Assembly (NCBI GenBank): GCA_965602015.1
Contig: OZ271918.1
Span: 3,712,001-3,776,000, forward strand
Origin: Salinispira sp.
GTDB taxonomy: Bacteria > Spirochaetota > Spirochaetia > DSM-27196 > Salinispiraceae
Reading direction: 5' to 3'
Length of the DNA: 64,000 nt
Positions 48,917 through 56,850 of this stretch are shown here, one piece after another (position 1 is the stretch's first letter; each line of letters opens with the position of its first letter). The notes beneath the pieces were generated by a model that did no database searches, was not told the DNA's origin, and saw nothing but the letters and a program-made list of their open reading frames with translations. Position numbers and translations under genes: made by a program.

Positions 48917-51466
48917 ATGGCTCCAAGCAGGACAGCCGTCGTACTATCGCAGCAGAATCTGGATAACAGCGTACTCATCAACGCCCTGCCCGAAGCGGGG
49001 TACCGGGCACTGCTGTTGCTCAGCGGTGAGGACGACGTTCAGACCGCCATTGACGGGGTCCCCGAACATGCGGACCTGATTATCGTCAATCTCTCTTCCT
49101 TGTCGGATAAACGCCGGCGCGCATTCATTGCCGGGAGGCTATCGGCCAGAGCCGTCCCGCTTCTTTTCTGCCTGTCCGAAGAATCGCTCAAACAGGTCCT
49201 TCGCGACGGCGAGTTGGGCGAGCTGGGCTATTACGTGCTGCCGACACCCTTCACTGCAGCCTCCGCCCATTTGAAAGTCCTCGAGATCCGGGACTGTCTG
49301 ACCGACCGGGGAGAGAAGAGCGAAGGCCCTTACCGCGATTTATTCAGAAACCACAACGACGCGATTCTCATTCACGACGGCGGCGGCTTGATAGTGGAAG
49401 CCAACCCCCAGGCCGAACGCCTGCTCGGCGTTGGAGAAGGCGACCCCAGGGGCGCGAATTTGGCGGACTTCGAGCCCAGCGAGTTCACCGGTGTTTTCAG
49501 GGAAATGATGGAGAGCACCCTGCAGCACGGCGTGGTGCGCCTGGAGGTGCTTCTCCAAAACTCCCGCAATATGGTGTTCTCCGCCGAGGCCTTTACCGGA
49601 CGGATCAGCGGCCTCCGCGACGAGTTTTATACGGTTATTCGGGACATCTCCCAGAGAAAGATGATCGAGGATAAATTCAAGCAGCGGCTCACCATGGAAA
49701 GCGCTATGAGCCTTATTGCCGCCCACTTCATCAGCAATGACAAGCCACGGGACATGCTGGTGGAAGCCCTCGGGCAAATCGGCGACCTTTGCGACGCCGA
49801 TTCGGTGCGGTTGGAATTCTACGATGATGATTTCCGGATTTTCCCCGAGGAGTCCCTGAGCTGGATACACCGCCGGAAAATCAGTGGAGCCATGAATCTC
49901 CGGGTCGAGGACGATCTGTACGGGGAAATAATCGAAGAGATAAAAGATCGGGAGTACGTGTACACCGAGAGCTGGAAGGGGCGAAAGGTGCCGCGTTTGT
50001 TTGTCCTTCCGTTGAAGTATGACGGCCGGCTGATTTCCGCCCTGTGGATCCACCAATTGGAGCGCCCCCTGGTGTACGAAGACCGGGTGCTCTTTGTGAT
50101 GATCGCCGAGATGTTCAAGTCATACTACCTGCAGCAGGTAAATGCCGAGCAGCGCCGGATTCTCATCGGCAATCTTGAAGATAAAATCCGGCAGCTCGAC
50201 TGCCTGTTCAGCATAAACCACATGCTCAGGGAGGATTACGACGATTTGGCCGTACCCCTGACCCGCGCGGCGGAGATTCTCTTTACCAATCTCAAGGCCC
50301 GGGACTACCGGGAAATCCGGATGACCTTCGCCGAGCAGCTGATATGCGTGGGGAACTGCAGCGACGGCGATGCTTCGGATTCGGACTCTGAGCTGCGGGA
50401 TGAGCGGGTGTTATTCTCCCGGGAGGCCGAGTATTTCGGCTTTATCATGAAGGTGTCTGCCCGCCAGACCGCCAGCCCTCCGGAAACCGATCTGGAACTC
50501 TTTCGGGCGGTGTACAATGAACTCTGCAGCTTTCTGGAGCAGGCCCACCTGAAAATACAGCGCAGCCTCATGGAAGTGCAGCTCCGCCACACCCAGCGAA
50601 TCGAGGCCATGGGCCAGCTGGCTTCGGGAATCGCCCATGAAATGAATACCCCGAACCAGTACATACAGGACAATTTAAACTTCATTCGGGACAGTTTGGG
50701 CCAGATTACGCCCATGGCTGAGCGCCTGATGGTCAAGCTCGAGATCTGCGAGCGGGATGTTGCCGATTTGCCCTACCAGGATGCGGTGAACCTGCTCTCC
50801 GGGCTTCGGGAACTCGAAATTCCCTTCCTGTTGACCGAACTGCCCGCCGCCATTTCCCAAAGCCTGGAAGGGGTTTCGAAACAGCGAAGCCTGATTGACG
50901 CCATGAGGTCCTATTCCCATCCGGGAAGCGGCGGCAAGCGGGTGCTCAGCAACATCAACCGGATAATCGGCGAAGCCCTGGCGCTATCCCGATACGAGTG
51001 GGTGCAGGTCGCCCAGTGCGAGCTCGATTTGAGCGAGGACCTTCCTGAAATTCCCTGCTATCCCCAGGATATCAGCCAGGTTCTCATTAACATTCTCGTA
51101 AACGCCTCCCACGCCATAGCCGAACGCTTCCCGGATATCGGCGAAACGCCGGGGCAAAAGCCCGGCGTCATCCGCATTACAAGCCGGAAGCGGGAAGAAA
51201 CCTGCGAAATAAGCATCGGAGATAATGGCATAGGCATCCCTGAGGACCGGATGAATCGGATTTTTGAACCCTTTTATACGACAAAAGAAGTCGGAAAAGG
51301 CACGGGTCAAGGGCTTGCAATTGCATACGAAATCATTGAAAATCGCCATAAGGGTCAGATTCTGCTGCACAGCGAGCCGGGAGCCGGGAGCGAATTCCGT
51401 CTCCTCCTGCCTATCTCTGAACATAGCGAACAGAATGAGCCCGAGAAGAAGCGGGGGAAATCATGA
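48917..51466 (+). CDS. Cytoplasmic sensor histidine kinase (pseudo-REC, PAS, GAF-like, HisKA, HATPase)
   Basis: GIAHEMNTP, NILVNASHA, DNGIGI, FEPFYTTK, GTGQGL; PAS segment VEANPQAERLLG...IRDIS. Confidence 0.93.
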   Translation: MAPSRTAVVLSQQNLDNSVLINALPEAGYRALLLLSGEDDVQTAIDGVPEHADLIIVNLSSLSDKRRRAFIAGRLSARAVPLLFCLSEESLKQVLRDGELGELGYYVLPTPFTAASAHLKVLEIRDCLTDRGEKSEGPYRDLFRNHNDAILIHDGGGLIVEANPQAERLLGVGEGDPRGANLADFEPSEFTGVFREMMESTLQHGVVRLEVLLQNSRNMVFSAEAFTGRISGLRDEFYTVIRDISQRKMIEDKFKQRLTMESAMSLIAAHFISNDKPRDMLVEALGQIGDLCDADSVRLEFYDDDFRIFPEESLSWIHRRKISGAMNLRVEDDLYGEIIEEIKDREYVYTESWKGRKVPRLFVLPLKYDGRLISALWIHQLERPLVYEDRVLFVMIAEMFKSYYLQQVNAEQRRILIGNLEDKIRQLDCLFSINHMLREDYDDLAVPLTRAAEILFTNLKARDYREIRMTFAEQLICVGNCSDGDASDSDSELRDERVLFSREAEYFGFIMKVSARQTASPPETDLELFRAVYNELCSFLEQAHLKIQRSLMEVQLRHTQRIEAMGQLASGIAHEMNTPNQYIQDNLNFIRDSLGQITPMAERLMVKLEICERDVADLPYQDAVNLLSGLRELEIPFLLTELPAAISQSLEGVSKQRSLIDAMRSYSHPGSGGKRVLSNINRIIGEALALSRYEWVQVAQCELDLSEDLPEIPCYPQDISQVLINILVNASHAIAERFPDIGETPGQKPGVIRITSRKREETCEISIGDNGIGIPEDRMNRIFEPFYTTKEVGKGTGQGLAIAYEIIENRHKGQILLHSEPGAGSEFRLLLPISEHSEQNEPEKKRGKS

Positions 51467-52326
51467 GACAGCGAATTCTTTTTGTGGATGATGATCCGAA
51501 TCTCTTGGATTCATTTCGAAGAAATCTGAGAAGGAGCTATGACTGCCACACCGCCAGCGACCCTGAACAGGCGCTCCAGCTGCTCAAAGAAGAGGACCCC
51601 TTCAGCATTGTCGTCGCCGACATGAGAATGCCCGGAGAAAACGGCATCGGTTTCCTTGAAAAAACCCGCGAACTGTTTCCCAATACCATCAGGATCATGC
51701 TCACCGGCTACGCCGACATGAACACCGCCCTTGACGCGATAAACCGCGGCGGGGTGTTCCGCTTCCTTCAAAAACCCTTTGATACCGGCGATTTAAGCCA
51801 CGTCCTCGAAGACGCCACCGCCGAGTTTCAGCGGATTCAAAGCATCCACATGGATAGCCTCACCGATCCCCTCACCGGGCTGTACAACCGGCGATTCATC
51901 CACCGCGAGTTTTCCCGTCTCATGGAGCTCGCCCGCCGCAATGATCAGGATTTTTCGGTGATATTCGGCGATCTCAACAACTTCAAAATGGTAAACGATC
52001 ATTACGGGCATGCAGTGGGCGACGAGATGCTCAAGGCCGTGGCCGCCATGCTGGTACGCACCAGCCGGGGCTCCGACCTGGTGTGCCGTTACGGCGGCGA
52101 TGAGTTTCTCATTGTCCTGGAATCCACCAAGAAACCCCAATCATTCAGGCTTATCGAGCGCATCCAGGAAGCCGCCGCCGAGGTCAGCTTCGAAAGTCAG
52201 CCGGACCTGCGCCTGTCCATTTCTCTCGGCCACGCCTCCTATCCGGAAGACGGATATGAAATGAAGGAACTGATCGAAAGCGCCGACCGGAGAATGTACG
52301 AAGCAAAAACCCGCTCAAAATCCTAA
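51463..52326 (+). CDS. Response-regulator diguanylate cyclase (REC-GGDEF)
   Basis: FVDDD, ADMRMP, KPF; DPLTGLYNRR, RGSD I-site, GGDEF; ATGA overlap with the kinase. Confidence 0.95.
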   Translation: MRQRILFVDDDPNLLDSFRRNLRRSYDCHTASDPEQALQLLKEEDPFSIVVADMRMPGENGIGFLEKTRELFPNTIRIMLTGYADMNTALDAINRGGVFRFLQKPFDTGDLSHVLEDATAEFQRIQSIHMDSLTDPLTGLYNRRFIHREFSRLMELARRNDQDFSVIFGDLNNFKMVNDHYGHAVGDEMLKAVAAMLVRTSRGSDLVCRYGGDEFLIVLESTKKPQSFRLIERIQEAAAEVSFESQPDLRLSISLGHASYPEDGYEMKELIESADRRMYEAKTRSKS

Positions 52327-53584
52327 GAAAGTGCCCCCAAAACAGCTGATTTCCCGCTCCTCAAGCCACCGCATAATCGGGAAGATCGATCTTCAGCGCA
52401 CTCACCGGCGTCTTCCAGATCCGATGCCAGGTCTTCCATTGGCTGATGTCCAGCACCAGATGATGAACGAAGGCCCGCTGTGTAAACATGCTTTTTGCCA
52501 ACGTGAGTACCCTCTTTCGGTCAAACCCGGCAACCTCACCATGGCTGATATCGTTACGTCCGTTTATCCGATACGGCTTGAGCAGGTTATGATAGGCGAT
52601 GTAGATCATCATCCGCTCCATGCTGTTGTTCACCGATTTTGACCACTGCACGCTCTGGCGGACATGACAGGATTGATCCTTTCGTATCTCCCGGTCCAGG
52701 TAATTCACCGGAAACAGGGGGTTCTCAGTGGTCCTGACCACCCTTGATGAGGTTCGGTGATGGATAACCCGCCCTGCATTTTCCAACGCCGCCCAGTCCC
52801 GATGAGCGCACAGCTCACGGCGGTATTCGAGTTTTTCATCGCTCAAGAGATAGCATGGCCTCTTCGATGAATAAGCCTTCCATCGGGGAAGAATGGTATT
52901 CATCACATCCCGGAAAGATCGCGCAATTTGTCCCCCTGCAATAGGATACTGGCGATTGAGCTCATCGCGCCGGCGCTTTTGTGCGGGGGTCATCCGCCCT
53001 TTACGCCGCATCTGCGCATAGTCGCACGCATAGACAACCTGGCTGTCGGAACCCACCGCGAGAGTGAAGTTGCTCGGCCAGTATTGGCTATACACAAAGC
53101 TTTCAAACCCATCAACGGCAATATCCTCATCGATTGTATGATCATTCGATAACTGGGCCATGGCAGCGATTGCCTGACGGGACAATCGGCTCAGCCGATT
53201 GAGAATGACCTTGTCGGTGACATAAAACTCCCGGGCAATATCGCGAATGCCGGAGGCCGAGTTGATTGAAGAGAAGATGCGCCGGTAATCGAGGCGATGA
53301 TGTGCGCGATAATCGAGGTGGAACGCGCTTTCGCAGAAGTATCGACGGCAATGCTTGCAGCGATAGCGCTGGGAAGAACCGAGGCGGCGGCAGTGATAGT
53401 GGCCGTTTCGGACAAACCAGCACCGGCTTGATTCTCTGTCGCGATGATGCTGAGAACAGTCCGAGTACGGACAGAAACGAGGGATTAATGCCATGCTAAT
53501 CTCCTATGAACTGGTAATCGTGTCATAGAAGACTACTGGCAAAAGAGTTATGTTGATTCGATCAGCTGTTTTGGGGGCACTCTT
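52326..53584 (-). mobile_element. Insertion sequence (~1.26 kb), IS1-like
   Basis: Perfect 21-bp IR AGTGCCCCCAAAACAGCTGAT at 52330-52350 and 53561-53581; direct repeat AAATCCTA at 52318-52325 and 53585-53592. Confidence 0.9.
52361..53494 (-). CDS. Transposase, IS1-like (Zn ribbon, HTH, DDE-like domain)
   Basis: CPYSDC...RNGH...QRYRCKHC; GIRDIAR HTH; VDGFE, SDEKLEY and NYLDREIR acidic motifs; lies inside the IRs. Confidence 0.85.
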   Translation of the reverse strand: MALIPRFCPYSDCSQHHRDRESSRCWFVRNGHYHCRRLGSSQRYRCKHCRRYFCESAFHLDYRAHHRLDYRRIFSSINSASGIRDIAREFYVTDKVILNRLSRLSRQAIAAMAQLSNDHTIDEDIAVDGFESFVYSQYWPSNFTLAVGSDSQVVYACDYAQMRRKGRMTPAQKRRRDELNRQYPIAGGQIARSFRDVMNTILPRWKAYSSKRPCYLLSDEKLEYRRELCAHRDWAALENAGRVIHHRTSSRVVRTTENPLFPVNYLDREIRKDQSCHVRQSVQWSKSVNNSMERMMIYIAYHNLLKPYRINGRNDISHGEVAGFDRKRVLTLAKSMFTQRAFVHHLVLDISQWKTWHRIWKTPVSALKIDLPDYAVA

Positions 53585-53595
53585 AAATCCTAGAT

Positions 53596-54006
53596 CTACC
53601 AGCTCTCCCGGGGAAGATCGATAATCCACTCATTGTTGATAAGGGAAGCCCGAAGGGTGAAGGTCTGCGTGCCCGAAGTGAAATACAGTTCAATGACGTC
53701 CCGGTTTCCGTCTCCACTGCCGCTCTGGCCGGTGAAAATAATTGGGTCATCGGCGCCGGGAATCGGAAGGGACAGTTCCTGCCTGGTGGAAGCCTGGGCG
53801 GCGAGCATTTCCTCGATGATGTACAGTATTCCCGCCGTGCTGTCCCCGCTGATCTGCCGGGCGGCGGCAAAATCCCGCTGCTGAAGGGCTGCGAGAAAGT
53901 CCTTACCCCGTTCCCGGGCGGTCAGGCTGCGGGTATTGCATGAAGCAATCACAATAACACCGACGATTACAACGGTAAGCGGCAAAACTCGCTCAAACAG
54001 TTTCAT
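53596..54006 (-). CDS. Small hypothetical lipoprotein
   Basis: VIASC lipobox; AGGAG SD; ATGA overlap with the upstream gene. Confidence 0.7.
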   Translation of the reverse strand: MKLFERVLPLTVVIVGVIVIASCNTRSLTARERGKDFLAALQQRDFAAARQISGDSTAGILYIIEEMLAAQASTRQELSLPIPGADDPIIFTGQSGSGDGNRDVIELYFTSGTQTFTLRASLINNEWIIDLPRESW

Positions 54007-54992
54007 ATGCCTGACTCCTGGTTCATTCTTGCATCGGATAAGTATACAGCAAGGGCGCTTCCCCTCAGCAGATGGCGTCCGTAATCCAAAATCACCGAAA
54101 CCCGCTGGGAGGGATCGGGGGCTTGCGTGCCGTCGAACTGCCCCAGGCGGGAAACCTGTTCAGTGATATTTTCCGCAAACGCCGGTCCCAAAGCGGTTAA
54201 CGGGGAGGCGATATGCAAATTTCCCCGCTTCTCGATGTGGAGAATATTCAGGGATATTACTGAGAGGGTCCGGGCCAGTCCGTCGGCGAACTCCACAGCC
54301 GGAGCGTCGTTTCGTCTGTACGCATGGACGAGTTTTTTTATCGGGAAGGTTTGAGTGACCTCCGCCCCAATTGATCGGCAAAACTCATCCATAAGATTGT
54401 TGATAATCGCCCCCAGTGACCCCCGGGGAAAGTCGCTGCGCAGTGATCCGCCGCTGTCGATAATAAGTTCAGAAAGGTCCAGGTTTCTGAAACGTATGGT
54501 GCCATTTGCGTCGGTCCGGGCGCTGCTCATTGAGGTGCGTCGAAACGGATGAAGCATCATGCTTCGTCTCGGTGGGGGTGAAGGCGTATCGGCCAACTGA
54601 GAGAGAAGAATTGCCATTGCGGGATCTGCGCTCAGCGGGGCGGACATACCGGGCAGTTGAGAGACCGCCTCCTGAAGGATCCGGCGCTCTTTCTCTTCCA
54701 GGCCGGTGAACAGCAGTCGCGGGGCCGATCCGTCCCTGCCGTGAAGGGCTTTTTGGAGACGGTAGAGTATGCGCGGGAGGGCTTCTTCAAGGTAATCGAG
54801 GGAGGTGGACGGAACATCGGTTTCGGTTATTTCGAGGCCCGGTGACAGGAGATGAAAACTCAGACGGCCCTGATCGGCCAGCCCAATGAGGATGGATTCG
54901 CTTATGCCCCGCTGTGCAAAGTAATGCCGCACTGCCTCGTGATCGCCGGAGGCCAATAACTGCTGATATTCGGCGGATATCCCAGGTCTCAT
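54003..54992 (-). CDS. Hypothetical protein; C-terminus loosely ROK-like
   Basis: ORF from MRPGISAE, with extended -10 (TGcTATTGT) 6 nt upstream. ROK resemblance is weak. Confidence 0.6.
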   Translation of the reverse strand: MRPGISAEYQQLLASGDHEAVRHYFAQRGISESILIGLADQGRLSFHLLSPGLEITETDVPSTSLDYLEEALPRILYRLQKALHGRDGSAPRLLFTGLEEKERRILQEAVSQLPGMSAPLSADPAMAILLSQLADTPSPPPRRSMMLHPFRRTSMSSARTDANGTIRFRNLDLSELIIDSGGSLRSDFPRGSLGAIINNLMDEFCRSIGAEVTQTFPIKKLVHAYRRNDAPAVEFADGLARTLSVISLNILHIEKRGNLHIASPLTALGPAFAENITEQVSRLGQFDGTQAPDPSQRVSVILDYGRHLLRGSALAVYLSDARMNQESGI

Positions 54993-55092
54993 GGATCGAC
55001 AATAGCATAGCGACGGAAAAAGAACCATCGGAAAGAAATAACCTAAAATATGTATTTTCCTTGAAATTGAATAAATCTGTACTATACTATGC

Positions 55093-55167
55093 CGTACGAG
55101 GGTTGAATTAGGTTTCCCCCCAGAGGGTTGCTTCGCGCCCGGCTCTTTATGAGCCGGGCGTTTTTTT
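55093..55167 (+). ncRNA. Candidate ~75-nt small RNA or attenuator leader
   Basis: TTGAAA(55061)-16 nt-TATACT(55083) promoter, then CGCCCGGCTC/GAGCCGGGCG terminator + 7 T, between divergent genes. Confidence 0.5.
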
Positions 55168-55247
55168 ATACACTGTGCCTGCGGATTTCCGGGGGTCAGA
55201 GAGTTCCTCCGGGAATCGGTATTATATTTGCAAAAACCGGAGGAATC

Positions 55248-56153
55248 ATGAAACCCACACTGGTCATTCTCGCTGCGGGAATGGGAAGCCGATACGGCGG
55301 AATCAAGCAAATCGAGCCTGTCGGGGTAAACGGAGAAATCATTCTCGAGTATTCGATTTTCGACGCAATTCGGGCGGGATTCGGAAAGGTCGTATTTGTC
55401 ATCCGGCGGGACATTCAGGATGATTTTGATACCCACGTTTTGCCCCGTTTCTCATCCAGAATTCCCTGCGAATATGTGTTTCAGGACATGACAGACCTGC
55501 CCGAAGGATTCGAGGTTCCCTCCGAGCGCAAAAAACCCTGGGGTACTTCCCATGCGGTGCTTGCTGCTCGGGCGGCGATTGAAGAGCCCTTCGCAGTAAT
55601 AAATGCCGATGATTTTTACGGCCAGGATGCTTTTCGCGTCATGGGCGAATTCCTTGCCTCCCTCGACCCCAAGGAGGAGCGCTATGCCATGGTGGGGTAC
55701 CGGCTTAATAAGACCGTAAGTGAAAACGGGACGGTTTCCCGGGGCATCTGTACAGTCGATGAAGAGGGTTTTCTCACCGGTATGGAAGAACACACCAAGC
55801 TCGAAAAAAGTGCAAGCGCGATTCTCAGCCACCGGGATGACGGGAGTGTTGAGAAGTTCGAGGGCAGCGAACCGGTTTCCATGAACCTGTTTGGATTTAC
55901 CCCGGCGATTTTGCCAGTAATGCAGGATCTTTTTCGCGATTTTCTCAAGAACACCGGACCTGATTTAAAGAGCGAATTCTATATTCCTACGGTAGCCAAT
56001 CACGTCGTCGGGAGTTCGAACTCGACCATGAAGGTGCTGCGTTCCGACGCCGAATGGTTCGGGATAACCTATCAGGAAGATCGGCCCCAGGTTGTGGAAT
56101 CAATACGTCAGCTGGTCAAAAACGGCGTATACCCCCAAGCCCTGTGGGCCTGA
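55248..56153 (+). CDS. Sugar-phosphate nucleotidyltransferase family protein
   Basis: LAAGMGSRYGGIKQ, KPWGTSHAV, INADDFYG; GGAGG SD. Confidence 0.9.
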   Translation: MKPTLVILAAGMGSRYGGIKQIEPVGVNGEIILEYSIFDAIRAGFGKVVFVIRRDIQDDFDTHVLPRFSSRIPCEYVFQDMTDLPEGFEVPSERKKPWGTSHAVLAARAAIEEPFAVINADDFYGQDAFRVMGEFLASLDPKEERYAMVGYRLNKTVSENGTVSRGICTVDEEGFLTGMEEHTKLEKSASAILSHRDDGSVEKFEGSEPVSMNLFGFTPAILPVMQDLFRDFLKNTGPDLKSEFYIPTVANHVVGSSNSTMKVLRSDAEWFGITYQEDRPQVVESIRQLVKNGVYPQALWA

Positions 56154-56213
56154 TGCGTCCTCGCTAAATCGATTCCCCTAAAGCCGGGTAAAATGCTCAG
56201 AAATATATGCCCG

Positions 56214-56248
56214 AATGCCCTCCGCGCTTGATCGGAGGGCGTTTTTTT
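56214..56248 (+). terminator. Intrinsic terminator
   Basis: GCCCTCCG/CGGAGGGC stem followed by a T tract. Confidence 0.7.
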
Positions 56249-56262
56249 ACTATTCTCTTGCC

Positions 56263-56763
56263 ATGGTAGCAGAAAAAAACACGCAAATAACAATAGAGTA
56301 CAGTTTCAAAACCAGTGACGGTATTGAACTGGGGGACTCAAAGCAGAGCGGTCCCTTTTCGTTTATTCTCGGACGGGGGGACGTGGTTCCCGGACTCGAT
56401 GCCCGCCTGGAAGGCGCCAAGGCCGGAGATGAGCTGCAGTTTACCATTCCGGCGGACGAGGCCTACGGTGAGCGCAGAGAGGACCTGGTGTTTACGGTTC
56501 CCAGCGAGCGATTCGAAGGCTTAGACGGCCTGGCCGTCGGTGCCCGGGTACAGAGCACCATTCACGGCCGGCCAGCCGAGCTCACCATTACGGAAATCGA
56601 AAATGACGAGGTAACCCTGGATGCCAACCATCCGCTTGCGGGCATGACCCTCGATTTCGATGTCAAGGTGATGGAGGTTTCCGAGGTGCCGGAGCACCTT
56701 CTCCATGCCCATGATCACGGTGGCTGCGGTTGCGGCGGGGGCTGCAGCTGCGGAGGTCATTAA
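56263..56763 (+). CDS. slyD: FKBP-type peptidyl-prolyl isomerase SlyD
   Basis: EAYGER, LDANHPLAGMTLDFDV, His/Cys/Gly-rich metal-binding tail. Confidence 0.93.
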   Translation: MVAEKNTQITIEYSFKTSDGIELGDSKQSGPFSFILGRGDVVPGLDARLEGAKAGDELQFTIPADEAYGERREDLVFTVPSERFEGLDGLAVGARVQSTIHGRPAELTITEIENDEVTLDANHPLAGMTLDFDVKVMEVSEVPEHLLHAHDHGGCGCGGGCSCGGH

Positions 56764-56794
56764 AAAAAACCGGCGGGGTTCCGCCGGTTTTTTT
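56762..56794. terminator. Bidirectional terminator between slyD and glgP
   Basis: A tract-CCGGCGG-GGTT-CCGCCGG-T tract; second hairpin at about 56811-56837. Confidence 0.85.
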
Positions 56795-56850
56795 ATGCCC
56801 TCTGTAAAATAAAAACGCCCGGCACATGCCGGGCGTTCCAATCTGTGTGC

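Noticed and set aside
54993..55436. N-terminal extension of the 54003 ORF
   Set aside because: Overlaps the nucleotidyltransferase antisense and an AT-rich promoter/terminator region; start 54992 preferred.
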